DNA of 64,000 nucleotides, taken from NCBI RefSeq assembly GCF_044647545.1, contig NZ_CP172818.1; one strand, 5' to 3'. Positions 9,348 to 19,394 of this stretch are shown one piece after another. How positions within the stretch are numbered: position 1 is the stretch's first letter; every line of letters begins with the position of its first letter. Origin of the DNA: Escherichia coli (GTDB lineage Bacteria; Pseudomonadota; Gammaproteobacteria; Enterobacterales; Enterobacteriaceae). Under the pieces are notes generated by a model that was given only the letters and a program-made list of their open reading frames with translations, was not told the DNA's origin and searched no databases. The position numbers and the translations under genes were made by a program.

Positions 9348-12214
9348 TCATCCACTTTACTTTAAATGGCGCGCCTCAGGAGCTGACCGTTAATCCTGGT
9401 GAAAACGTGCAAAAGCTGTTGTTTAACATGGGAATGCACTCTGTACGCAACAGTGATGATGGCTTCGGGTTTGCCGGTTCTGACGCAATAATCTTTAACG
9501 GTAATATCGTTAACGCGTCCTTGCTTATCGCCGCACAGTTAGAGAAGGCAGATATTCGTACCGCAGAGTCTCTGGGCAAATGGAACGAGTTAAGTCTGGT
9601 TCAACAGGCAATGGTTGATGTTGGCGTGGTGCAGTCTGGTTATAACGATCCAGCTGCGGCTCTGATTATCACCGATCTTCTCGATCGCATTGCCGCACCT
9701 ACCCGCGAAGAGATCGACGACGCGCTTTCTGGTTTGTTCAGCCGCGATGCAGGCTGGCAACAATACTATCAGGTCATTGAACTGGCGGTTGCACGTAAAA
9801 ATAATCCGCAGGCCACCATTGATATCGCTCCGACTTTCCGCGATGACCTTGAAGTCATTGGTAAGCATTATCCTAAAACTGATGCCGCGAAAATGGTGCA
9901 GGCGAAACCCTGCTATGTTGAAGACCGCGTAACGGCTGACGCCTGCGTCATTAAAATGTTACGTAGCCCACACGCTCACGCACTGATTACTCATCTGGAT
10001 GTCAGCAAAGCTGAAGCCTTACCGGGCGTCGTTCACGTTATTACTCACCTGAATTGCCCGGATATTTACTATACCCCGGGTGGTCAGAGCGCACCGGAAC
10101 CGTCACCGCTTGACCGCCGAATGTTCGGCAAGAAAATGCGTCACGTCGGCGATCGCGTTGCTGCGGTAGTAGCCGAAAGTGAAGACATTGCGCTCGAAGC
10201 ACTGAAGCTCATCGACGTTGAATATGAAGTGCTTAAGCCAGTAATGTCGATTGACGAGGCAATGGCGGAAGATGCGCCTGTGGTGCACGATGAACCGGTG
10301 GTGTATGTTGCTGGTGCGCCAGATACTCTGGAAGATGATAACAGCCATGCAGCCCAGCGCGGCGAGCATATGATCATCAACTTCCCGATCGGTTCTCGCC
10401 CACGCAAAAATATCGCTGCCAGTATTCATGGTCATATTGGCGATATGGACAAAGGCTTTGCCGATGCCGATGTGATCATTGAGCGAACCTATAACTCAAC
10501 GCAGGCGCAGCAGTGCCCGACTGAAACACATATCTGCTTTACCCGTATGGACGGCGATCGTCTGGTTATCCACGCCTCCACCCAGGTACCATGGCACTTA
10601 CGCCGCCAGGTCGCGCGCCTCGTGGGCATGAAACAACATAAAGTTCATGTCATTAAAGAGCGAGTTGGCGGCGGTTTTGGTTCCAAACAGGACATCCTGC
10701 TGGAAGAAGTGTGCGCCTGGGCAACCTGCGTGACCGGGCGTCCGGTACTGTTCCGCTACACCCGTGAAGAAGAGTTTATTGCTAACACCTCTCGTCACGT
10801 CGCGAAAGTCACCGTCAAACTGGGCGCGAAAAAAGATGGTCGCCTGACGGCAGTGAAGATGGATTTCCGCGCCAACACTGGCCCTTACGGCAACCACTCA
10901 CTCACCGTACCGTGTAACGGACCGGCGCTGTCGCTGCCGTTATATCCGTGCGATAACGTCGATTTCCAGGTCACCACCTACTACAGCAACATTTGCCCAA
11001 ATGGTGCTTATCAGGGTTATGGCGCACCGAAAGGTAACTTCGCTATCACCATGGCATTAGCGGAACTGGCTGAACAGTTACAGATCGACCAACTGGAAAT
11101 TATCGAACGTAACCGGGTACACGAAGGGCAAGAGCTGAAAATTCTCGGTGCAATCGGTGAAGGTAAAGCGCCGACCTCCGTTCCTTCCGCCGCCAGCTGC
11201 GCACTGGAAGAGATCCTGCGTCAGGGTCGCGAGATGATCCAATGGTCTTCACCAAAACCACAAAACGGTGACTGGCACATCGGTCGTGGCGTCGCCATTA
11301 TCATGCAGAAATCAGGGATCCCAGATATCGATCAGGCTAACTGCATGATCAAACTGGAATCAGACGGTACCTTTATCGTTCATTCTGGCGGTGCGGATAT
11401 TGGTACTGGTTTGGATACTGTGGTGACGAAACTGGCAGCAGAAGTGCTGCACTGCCCACCGCAGGACGTGCATGTTATCTCTGGTGATACCGATCATGCA
11501 CTGTTTGATAAAGGCGCATATGCCTCGTCCGGTACTTGCTTCTCGGGTAACGCGGCGCGTTTGGCAGCGGAAAATCTGCGGGAGAAAATTCTTTTCCACG
11601 GTGCGCAAATGTTGGGTGAGCCAGTGGCAGATGTTCAACTAGCAACGCCGGGCGTCGTTCGCGGCAAGAAAGGCGAAGTTAGTTTCGGGGATATTGCCCA
11701 TAAAGGCGAAACCGGCACCGGCTTTGGTTCACTGGTGGGAACTGGCAGTTATATCACGCCTGATTTCGCCTTCCCGTATGGCGCGAACTTCGCTGAAGTT
11801 GCCGTCAACACGCGTACGGGTGAAATCCGCCTGGATAAATTCTACGCCTTGCTGGATTGCGGTACACCGGTCAATCCAGAGTTAGCGTTGGGACAAATCT
11901 ACGGTGCCACCCTTCGTGCAATCGGCCACAGTATGAGCGAAGAAATCATTTATGACGCCGAAGGTCACCCGTTAACGCGTGATTTACGCAGTTACGGCGC
12001 ACCGAAAATTGGTGACATTCCGCGTGATTTCCGCGCTGTGCTGGTGCCGAGCAACGATAAAGTCGGCCCATTCGGGGCGAAATCGATCTCGGAAATCGGT
12101 GTAAATGGCGCAGCTCCGGCGATTGCTACCGCAATTCACGATGCCTGCGGCATCTGGTTACGCGAATGGCATTTCACACCGGAGAAAATACTCACCGCGC
12201 TGGAAAAAATATAA
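9344..12214 (+). CDS. xdhD: molybdopterin-binding hypoxanthine oxidase-like subunit XdhD
   Basis: 956-aa ORF matching XdhD length; N-terminal 2Fe-2S-like region followed by aldehyde oxidase/xanthine dehydrogenase-type domain. Confidence 0.9.
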   Translation: MIIHFTLNGAPQELTVNPGENVQKLLFNMGMHSVRNSDDGFGFAGSDAIIFNGNIVNASLLIAAQLEKADIRTAESLGKWNELSLVQQAMVDVGVVQSGYNDPAAALIITDLLDRIAAPTREEIDDALSGLFSRDAGWQQYYQVIELAVARKNNPQATIDIAPTFRDDLEVIGKHYPKTDAAKMVQAKPCYVEDRVTADACVIKMLRSPHAHALITHLDVSKAEALPGVVHVITHLNCPDIYYTPGGQSAPEPSPLDRRMFGKKMRHVGDRVAAVVAESEDIALEALKLIDVEYEVLKPVMSIDEAMAEDAPVVHDEPVVYVAGAPDTLEDDNSHAAQRGEHMIINFPIGSRPRKNIAASIHGHIGDMDKGFADADVIIERTYNSTQAQQCPTETHICFTRMDGDRLVIHASTQVPWHLRRQVARLVGMKQHKVHVIKERVGGGFGSKQDILLEEVCAWATCVTGRPVLFRYTREEEFIANTSRHVAKVTVKLGAKKDGRLTAVKMDFRANTGPYGNHSLTVPCNGPALSLPLYPCDNVDFQVTTYYSNICPNGAYQGYGAPKGNFAITMALAELAEQLQIDQLEIIERNRVHEGQELKILGAIGEGKAPTSVPSAASCALEEILRQGREMIQWSSPKPQNGDWHIGRGVAIIMQKSGIPDIDQANCMIKLESDGTFIVHSGGADIGTGLDTVVTKLAAEVLHCPPQDVHVISGDTDHALFDKGAYASSGTCFSGNAARLAAENLREKILFHGAQMLGEPVADVQLATPGVVRGKKGEVSFGDIAHKGETGTGFGSLVGTGSYITPDFAFPYGANFAEVAVNTRTGEIRLDKFYALLDCGTPVNPELALGQIYGATLRAIGHSMSEEIIYDAEGHPLTRDLRSYGAPKIGDIPRDFRAVLVPSNDKVGPFGAKSISEIGVNGAAPAIATAIHDACGIWLREWHFTPEKILTALEKI

Positions 12215-12223
12215 GTAATAAAT

Positions 12224-12253
12224 GGCCGCTTCGGCGGCCTGTTTCTCTGTTTG
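12224..12253 (+). terminator. Rho-independent terminator after xdhD
   Basis: GGCCGC-TTCG-GCGGCC hairpin followed by a T-rich run (TGTTTCTCTGTTT). Confidence 0.6.
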
Positions 12254-12378
12254 GACGATGACTAAATAGTGACTGCGAAAATGAGATAAGCCGTTCTCAA
12301 GGCGTCCTGCGCCCCAAATTCGTGGGAATTTATTTTACTAATTCAGATGATCAAATTTACTTTAAAAGGAGTGAAGGG

Positions 12379-13779
12379 ATGTCTGATATAAACCATGCAG
12401 GTTCTGACCTTATATTTGAACTGGAGGATCGCCCTCCCTTTCATCAGGCTCTCGTAGGTGCCATTACCCATCTGTTGGCAATTTTCGTTCCGATGGTAAC
12501 CCCCGCGTTAATCGTGGGTGCGACCTTACAGCTTTCCGCTGAAACAACTGCCTATCTTGTTTCTATGGCGATGATCGCCTCTGGTATTGGTACCTGGTTA
12601 CAAGTAAACCGCTACGGCATCGTCGGTTCTGGTCTTCTCTCAATTCAGTCAGTCAATTTTTCATTTGTTACGGTCATGATTGCGCTGGGCAGCAGCATGA
12701 AAAGCGACGGTTTTCACGAAGAGTTAATCATGTCGTCGCTCCTCGGCGTCTCCTTCGTTGGCGCATTTCTGGTTGTCGGATCTTCATTTATCCTGCCCTA
12801 TTTACGTCGGGTTATTACGCCTACCGTCAGCGGTATTGTGGTACTGATGATCGGCTTAAGCCTGATTAAAGTCGGCATTATCGATTTTGGTGGAGGATTT
12901 GCAGCCAAAAGCAGCGGTACGTTCGGCAATTACGAACATCTCGGCGTTGGTTTATTGGTTTTAATTGTGGTGATCGGCTTTAACTGCTGTCGCAGTCCGT
13001 TGCTACGCATGGGAGGGATCGCCATTGGGCTATGTGTCGGCTATATCGCATCGTTATGCCTGGGCATGGTGGATTTCAGCAGTATGCGCAATTTGCCGTT
13101 AATCACCATCCCGCATCCGTTCAAATACGGCTTTAGTTTTAGCTTCCATCAGTTCCTGGTGGTTGGCACGATTTATCTGCTTAGCGTGCTGGAAGCAGTC
13201 GGCGATATCACCGCCACGGCAATGGTTTCCCGCCGCCCCATTCAGGGGGAAGAGTATCAGTCCCGACTGAAAGGCGGCGTGCTGGCAGATGGTCTGGTTT
13301 CTGTTATCGCCTCCGCTGTCGGATCATTACCATTAACCACGTTTGCGCAAAATAATGGGGTTATTCAGATGACTGGCGTCGCTTCACGTTATGTCGGGCG
13401 AACCATCGCGGTAATGCTGGTTATCCTCGGCTTGTTTCCGATGATTGGCGGCTTCTTCACAACCATACCCTCGGCAGTTCTGGGAGGCGCAATGACGTTG
13501 ATGTTTTCCATGATTGCCATCGCTGGGATTCGCATCATCATCACCAACGGATTAAAGCGGCGTGAAACACTTATTGTCGCCACTTCTTTAGGTTTAGGGC
13601 TTGGCGTCTCCTACGATCCCGAAATTTTTAAAATATTGCCAGCCTCTATTTATGTATTAGTTGAAAACCCTATTTGTGCTGGCGGGTTAACTGCGATTTT
13701 ATTAAATATTATCCTCCCTGGTGGCTACCGACAGGAAAACGTTCTGCCTGGTATTACCTCAGCGGAAGAGATGGATTAA
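12379..13779 (+). CDS. xanQ: xanthine permease (NCS2/NAT family)
   Basis: Start chosen at the ATG after RBS AAGGAGTGAAGGG, giving 466 aa starting MSDINHAG; the longer 485-aa ORF in the track is an upstream extension. Confidence 0.9.
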   Translation: MSDINHAGSDLIFELEDRPPFHQALVGAITHLLAIFVPMVTPALIVGATLQLSAETTAYLVSMAMIASGIGTWLQVNRYGIVGSGLLSIQSVNFSFVTVMIALGSSMKSDGFHEELIMSSLLGVSFVGAFLVVGSSFILPYLRRVITPTVSGIVVLMIGLSLIKVGIIDFGGGFAAKSSGTFGNYEHLGVGLLVLIVVIGFNCCRSPLLRMGGIAIGLCVGYIASLCLGMVDFSSMRNLPLITIPHPFKYGFSFSFHQFLVVGTIYLLSVLEAVGDITATAMVSRRPIQGEEYQSRLKGGVLADGLVSVIASAVGSLPLTTFAQNNGVIQMTGVASRYVGRTIAVMLVILGLFPMIGGFFTTIPSAVLGGAMTLMFSMIAIAGIRIIITNGLKRRETLIVATSLGLGLGVSYDPEIFKILPASIYVLVENPICAGGLTAILLNIILPGGYRQENVLPGITSAEEMD

Positions 13780-13793
13780 CAGTAAAGGAGTCA

Positions 13794-15113
13794 ATGATGT
13801 CAGGAGAACACACGTTAAAAGCGGTACGAGGCAGTTTTATTGATGTCACCCGTACGGTCGATAACCCGGAAGAGATTGCCTCTGCGCTGCGGTTTATTGA
13901 GGATGGTTTATTACTCATTAAACAGGGAAAAGTGGAATGGTTTGGCGAATGGGAAAACGGAAAGCATCAAATTCCTGACACCATTCGCGTGCGCGACTAT
14001 CGCGGCAAACTGATAGTACCGGGCTTTGTCGATACACATATCCATTATCCGCAAAGTGAAATGGTGGGGGCCTATGGTGAACAATTGCTGGAGTGGTTGA
14101 ATAAACACACCTTCCCTACTGAACGTCGTTATGAGGATTTAGAGTACGCCCGCGAAATGTCGGCATTCTTCATCAAGCAGCTTTTACGTAACGGAACCAC
14201 CACGGCGCTGGTGTTTGGCACTGTTCATCCGCAATCCGTTGATGCGCTGTTTGAAGCCGCCAGTCATATCAATATGCGTATGATTGCCGGTAAGGTGATG
14301 ATGGACCGCAACGCACCGGATTATCTGCTCGACACTGCCGAAAGCAGCTATCACCAAAGCAAAGAACTGATCGAACGCTGGCACAAAAATGGTCGTCTGT
14401 TGTATGCGATTACGCCACGCTTCGCCCCTACCTCATCTCCTGAACAGATGGCGATGGCGCAACGCCTGAAAGAAGAATATCCGGATACGTGGGTACATAC
14501 CCATCTCTGTGAAAACAAAGATGAAATTGCCTGGGTGAAATCGCTTTATCCTGACCATGATGGTTATCTGGATGTTTACCATCAGTACGGTCTGACCGGT
14601 AAAAACTGTGTCTTTGCTCACTGCGTCCATCTCGAAGAAAAAGAGTGGGATCGTCTCAGCGAAACCAAATCCAGCATTGCTTTCTGTCCGACCTCCAACC
14701 TTTACCTCGGCAGCGGCTTATTCAACTTGAAAAAAGCATGGCAGAAGAAAGTTAAAGTGGGCATGGGAACGGATATCGGTGCCGGAACCACTTTCAACAT
14801 GCTGCAAACGCTAAACGAAGCCTACAAGGTATTGCAATTACAAGGCTATCGCCTCTCGGCATATGAAGCATTTTACCTGGCCACGCTCGGCGGAGCGAAA
14901 TCTCTGGGCCTTGACGATTTGATTGGCAACTTTTTACCTGGCAAAGAAGCTGATTTCGTGGTGATGGAACCCACCGCCACTCCGCTACAGCAGCTGCGCT
15001 ATGACAACTCTGTTTCTTTAGTCGACAAATTGTTCGTGATGATGACGTTGGGCGATGACCGTTCGATCTACCGCACCTACGTTGATGGTCGTCTGGTGTA
15101 CGAACGCAACTAA
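13794..15113 (+). CDS. guaD: guanine deaminase
   Basis: 439-aa product starting MMSGEHTLKA after RBS AAAGGAG; amidohydrolase HxH motif. Confidence 0.9.
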   Translation: MMSGEHTLKAVRGSFIDVTRTVDNPEEIASALRFIEDGLLLIKQGKVEWFGEWENGKHQIPDTIRVRDYRGKLIVPGFVDTHIHYPQSEMVGAYGEQLLEWLNKHTFPTERRYEDLEYAREMSAFFIKQLLRNGTTTALVFGTVHPQSVDALFEAASHINMRMIAGKVMMDRNAPDYLLDTAESSYHQSKELIERWHKNGRLLYAITPRFAPTSSPEQMAMAQRLKEEYPDTWVHTHLCENKDEIAWVKSLYPDHDGYLDVYHQYGLTGKNCVFAHCVHLEEKEWDRLSETKSSIAFCPTSNLYLGSGLFNLKKAWQKKVKVGMGTDIGAGTTFNMLQTLNEAYKVLQLQGYRLSAYEAFYLATLGGAKSLGLDDLIGNFLPGKEADFVVMEPTATPLQQLRYDNSVSLVDKLFVMMTLGDDRSIYRTYVDGRLVYERN

Positions 15114-15148
15114 TAATAAAACTTTAACATCCTCGTGAGGACATCATT

Positions 15149-16516
15149 ATGTCTGGAGACATCCTACAAACACCGGACGCACCAAAGCCACAGGGCGCGC
15201 TGGATAATTATTTTAAAATTACCGCTCGTGGCAGTACCGTTCGTCAGGAAGTACTGGCTGGCTTAACGACCTTTCTGGCCATGGTTTATTCCGTTATCGT
15301 CGTTCCGGGAATGCTGGGCAAAGCAGGTTTTCCTCCCGCAGCTGTGTTTGTTGCCACCTGTCTGGTCGCGGGCTTCGGCTCGTTGCTGATGGGGTTATGG
15401 GCCAATTTGCCAATGGCGATTGGTTGCGCGATTTCCCTGACGGCGTTTACCGCATTCAGTCTGGTACTCGGGCAACAAATTAGCGTTCCTGTCGCACTGG
15501 GCGCGGTCTTTCTGATGGGCGTCATCTTCACCGCCATTTCCGTAACCGGTGTGCGTACCTGGATCTTACGTAATTTACCGATGGGGATAGCTCACGGTAC
15601 AGGTATCGGTATCGGCCTGTTTCTGCTGCTGATTGCTGCTAACGGTGTGGGAATGGTTATCAAAAACCCGATTGAAGGCTTGCCGGTGGCGCTCGGTGCG
15701 TTTACCTCCTTCCCGGTGATGATGAGCTTGCTGGGGCTGGCGGTCATCTTCGGTCTGGAAAAGTGCCGCGTACCCGGCGGGATCTTGTTGGTGATTATTG
15801 CCATCTCGATCATCGGCTTAATCTTTGATCCAGCGGTGAAGTACCACGGTCTGGTGGCGATGCCCAGTCTGACTGGCGAAGATGGTAAGTCGCTGATTTT
15901 CAGCCTCGATATTATGGGGGCACTCCAGCCAACTGTACTTCCGAGTGTACTGGCATTGGTGATGACCGCAGTGTTCGACGCCACTGGTACCATCCGTGCC
16001 GTCGCCGGTCAGGCGAATTTGTTAGATAAAGACAACCAGATCATCAACGGCGGTAAAGCCCTGACCAGTGACTCAGTAAGTTCAATATTCTCCGGCCTGG
16101 TGGGCGCAGCGCCCGCAGCGGTTTATATCGAATCAGCGGCAGGAACCGCCGCCGGGGGTAAAACAGGGTTAACCGCAACCGTAGTGGGGGCGTTATTCCT
16201 GCTGATTCTGTTCTTATCACCGCTGTCATTTTTGATCCCTGGTTACGCCACTGCACCCGCTCTGATGTACGTAGGTTTGCTGATGTTAAGTAACGTCTCG
16301 AAGCTGGATTTCAATGATTTTATTGACGCTATGGCTGGCCTGGTGTGTGCCGTGTTCATCGTTCTGACTTGTAATATCGTTACCGGTATTATGCTGGGCT
16401 TTGTGACACTGGTCGTAGGCCGCGTCTTTGCACGCGAATGGCAAAAGCTGAATATTGGTACGGTGATCATTACTGCCGCACTTGTCGCATTTTACGCGGG
16501 TGGTTGGGCAATCTAA
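15149..16516 (+). CDS. ghxQ: guanine/hypoxanthine permease (AzgA-like NCS2)
   Basis: 455-aa polytopic membrane protein, length and sequence match GhxQ (YgfQ). Confidence 0.9.
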   Translation: MSGDILQTPDAPKPQGALDNYFKITARGSTVRQEVLAGLTTFLAMVYSVIVVPGMLGKAGFPPAAVFVATCLVAGFGSLLMGLWANLPMAIGCAISLTAFTAFSLVLGQQISVPVALGAVFLMGVIFTAISVTGVRTWILRNLPMGIAHGTGIGIGLFLLLIAANGVGMVIKNPIEGLPVALGAFTSFPVMMSLLGLAVIFGLEKCRVPGGILLVIIAISIIGLIFDPAVKYHGLVAMPSLTGEDGKSLIFSLDIMGALQPTVLPSVLALVMTAVFDATGTIRAVAGQANLLDKDNQIINGGKALTSDSVSSIFSGLVGAAPAAVYIESAAGTAAGGKTGLTATVVGALFLLILFLSPLSFLIPGYATAPALMYVGLLMLSNVSKLDFNDFIDAMAGLVCAVFIVLTCNIVTGIMLGFVTLVVGRVFAREWQKLNIGTVIITAALVAFYAGGWAI

Positions 16517-16521
16517 TAGAT

Positions 16522-16553
16522 TCTCCGCGCCTTTCAGCGCGGAGATTTCTTTC
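16522..16553. terminator. bidirectional stem-loop between convergent ghxQ and ygfS
   Basis: TCTCCGCGC-CTTTCA-GCGCGGAGA inverted repeat flanked by T/A runs in the 35-bp convergent spacer. Confidence 0.55.
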
Positions 16554-17043
16554 ACAGAGGATTCTCACCGCTGGCAACAATACGCTGCTGGCGGACTCGC
16601 CTGAGTTCTCTTTCAGTAAGCAACTGCAGCGCCTGTGTTGGGCAAGATTCAACGCAGGCTGGCCCCTCTTCCCGCTGTTCACAGAGATCGCATTTCACGA
16701 TTTGTTGCCGGGTATCCCCCGGCAACGACTGAATGGTGATCATTCCAAACGGGCACGCACTCACGCAACTCTGACAGCCAATACAACGGGCAGAATTGGT
16801 CTGCACCACCTGCTCGCCCATCGTCAGCGCCCCCACGGGGCAAGCGCTAACACAAGGGGCGTTTTCACACTGATGGCACATCACCGGCGCACTGATGCTG
16901 TCCAGTCGCTGTACCTTCAGCCGGGGTAAAAAGACATCGGCATTCAACTCCTGTTCTGAAGGGTGAGCGACCACACAGGCTACTTCACAAGTACGGCAGC
17001 CAATACAGTCAGCCGGATTAACGATAATTAACGATTTCATCAC
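16552..17043 (-). CDS. ygfS: 4Fe-4S ferredoxin-type oxidoreductase subunit
   Basis: About 162-aa ORF with several CxxCxxCxxxCP motifs; overlaps ygfT stop by 4 bp. Confidence 0.85.
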   Translation of the reverse strand: MMKSLIIVNPADCIGCRTCEVACVVAHPSEQELNADVFLPRLKVQRLDSISAPVMCHQCENAPCVSACPVGALTMGEQVVQTNSARCIGCQSCVSACPFGMITIQSLPGDTRQQIVKCDLCEQREEGPACVESCPTQALQLLTERELRRVRQQRIVASGENPL

Positions 17044-18959
17044 GATGCCTTCGTATCAAACAGAGTTAACATATCGCGCGCCGCCTGCCTTCCTGCGGCC
17101 ATTGCAGTGACAACCAGATCCGCGCCATGAACAGCATCACCACCAGCAAAGACTTTTTTCAGATGCGTCTGGGTAGGTAAATACCCGACGTCACCGGTTT
17201 GAATCAGGCCCCATTTATCGAGTTTAATTCCGCTGCCCTGCAACCACGGCATGGCATGCGCCTGGAAACCAAAGGCCATAATGAGAACATCGGCGGGCAA
17301 TTCAAACTCTGAACCCGCTACCGGACGAGGACGACGGCGACCATCCGGCCCCGGCTCACCCATGGCGGTACGAATCAGGCCCACCGCAGTTAAACGCCCA
17401 TCTTCGTCACAAGCGATATATTGCGGCTGAACATTGAATTGAAACTCGACACCTTCCTCGCGCGCATTGACCACCTCTTTGCGCGAGCCCGGCATACTGA
17501 CTTCATCACGACGATACGCGCAGGTCACGCTGGCGGCATTGAGGCGGATGGAAGTCCGCAAACAATCCATGGTCGTATCGCCACCGCCCAATACCACGAC
17601 TCGCTTACCTTCCACATCCGTCAGCGGATACTCTTCAGACTCCGGCAATCCCATGAGCTGGCGGGTATGGGCCGTCAGGAACGGTAGAGCCTGAATGACA
17701 CCGGGCACATCTTCATGCGGCAGATCTGCTCGCATCATCCCGTAAGTCCCCACGCCGATGAAAACTGCATCATATTCAGAAGTTAAATCGCTAAAGGTAA
17801 TATCGCGGCCAATTTCACAGTTAAGATGAAAGTCGATTCCCATTGCGGTGAATATCTCTCGCCGCTGGCTTAAGACTGTTTTATCGAGTTTGAAAGGAGG
17901 AATGCCAAAAGTCAGCATACCGCCAATTTCTGGATGACGATCAAAGACATCAACCTGAACTCCCGCGCGCACCAGGATATCAGCACACCCTAATCCTGCA
18001 GGCCCAGCGCCAATCACCGCCACTTTTTCGCTACGGGGAACCACCATGCTGACATCGGGACGCCAGCCCATCGCCAACGCAGTATCGGTGATGTAGCGTT
18101 CCAGATTCCCGATAGAGACTGCGCCAGAGTGATCTTTCAAAGTACATGCGCCTTCACAAAGACGGTCCTGTGGGCAAACTCTGCCGCAGATTTCGGGTAA
18201 GGAACTGGTCTGGTGGCAAAGTTCTGCCGCTTCAATAATCTTTCCTTCCTGTACCAGACGGATGTAATCCGGAATAGCGTTATGCAGCGGGCAATGCCAG
18301 TTGCAGTTAGCTTTTTCGGCACAATAAACACAGCGGTCACTCTCATAAGTCGCTTGTTGTGGATCCAGCCCGCAATAGATTTCGCCAAAGTGGGTTTTCC
18401 GTTCACTCGCTGAAATTTTATCTGCGCCTTTACGCGAGTTAATGGGAAGCAACGCTGCACTGCGAGATGGCTGAGCGTCTGATGACGCTTTTCCTGCTGC
18501 CGTTTTGCGCTGGCGGGCCACCTTTATCTGCTGCAACCCTTTATCGTCCATCAGCCGTAACGCCTGTGTTGGACAGACTTCAATACAGGCTTGCGTGCCG
18601 GAACTGCGCTGGTTACAAAGGTCGCATTTCTGCGCAATCGTATCGACCATCTCAACGACGCCAAAGGGGCAAGCGATTGCGCATCTTTTACAACCAATAC
18701 ATTTTTGCTCGTCCAGTTGTACGCTATCGGGCTGGAAAGTCAGAGCATTAACCGGACAAGCCGTAACGCAAGGGGCATTGTTGCAGTGATGGCAGGCCAC
18801 CGGATTCGCAGCCTGGCCTTTCCCTACAACGTGGATACGTGGTCGAAAGTCACTGTGACTCAGCGGCCAGTTTTCTTGATTATGTGCCATCGCACAGGCA
18901 ATTTCACAAGCATGACAGCCTATACATTCCGCAGCTTCAGCAGCGATAAACTTATTCAT
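17040..18959 (-). CDS. ygfT: Fe-S / FAD-NAD(P)-binding oxidoreductase (GltD-like) YgfT
   Basis: 639-aa product from the MNKFIAAE start; ferredoxin-like cysteine clusters plus GAGPAG motif. Confidence 0.85.
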   Translation of the reverse strand: MNKFIAAEAAECIGCHACEIACAMAHNQENWPLSHSDFRPRIHVVGKGQAANPVACHHCNNAPCVTACPVNALTFQPDSVQLDEQKCIGCKRCAIACPFGVVEMVDTIAQKCDLCNQRSSGTQACIEVCPTQALRLMDDKGLQQIKVARQRKTAAGKASSDAQPSRSAALLPINSRKGADKISASERKTHFGEIYCGLDPQQATYESDRCVYCAEKANCNWHCPLHNAIPDYIRLVQEGKIIEAAELCHQTSSLPEICGRVCPQDRLCEGACTLKDHSGAVSIGNLERYITDTALAMGWRPDVSMVVPRSEKVAVIGAGPAGLGCADILVRAGVQVDVFDRHPEIGGMLTFGIPPFKLDKTVLSQRREIFTAMGIDFHLNCEIGRDITFSDLTSEYDAVFIGVGTYGMMRADLPHEDVPGVIQALPFLTAHTRQLMGLPESEEYPLTDVEGKRVVVLGGGDTTMDCLRTSIRLNAASVTCAYRRDEVSMPGSRKEVVNAREEGVEFQFNVQPQYIACDEDGRLTAVGLIRTAMGEPGPDGRRRPRPVAGSEFELPADVLIMAFGFQAHAMPWLQGSGIKLDKWGLIQTGDVGYLPTQTHLKKVFAGGDAVHGADLVVTAMAAGRQAARDMLTLFDTKAS

Positions 18960-19310
18960 TTGCATCCCTTTCATTTAATGAGTTATGTCTTCTCAAATTT
19001 CGCGATGCAATAAATGGGCATATATTAGGTAGCATGACCGATTTAATTATAATTTTGCGACTGAGTTCAAATTATTGCCCCTCAATCTGTGCCGCTTTCA
19101 TTATTTCAACATTGCCGAACAAAAGAGAGCTAACCAGATAAAAACGATTAAATACGAGAGTGCGACATGCCAGAATGATTAATGAAATATCAATATGAGA
19201 AAATTACAGATAATTCCATTGTCAGGTTCTCTTCTCATTTTCGTGTTTTAACCACGATTATGTGATTGCCTCCGCAATTCCTGTCTCTAACTCCCCTTCC
19301 TCGCAAAAAC

Positions 19311-19326
19311 TGGCACTCCACGAGCA
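19311..19326 (+). promoter_or_regulatory. candidate sigma-54 (-24/-12) promoter upstream of uacT
   Basis: TGGCAC at 19311-19316 and GCA at 19324-19326 with consensus GG-N10-GC spacing, about 70 bp upstream of the uacT ATG. Confidence 0.3.
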
Positions 19327-19394
19327 TGTGTTTAGACAGTTTCATGAACGTAAACGGTTGCTTTTTACTCTGGCGAGCGAAAGGAGAAACACTG

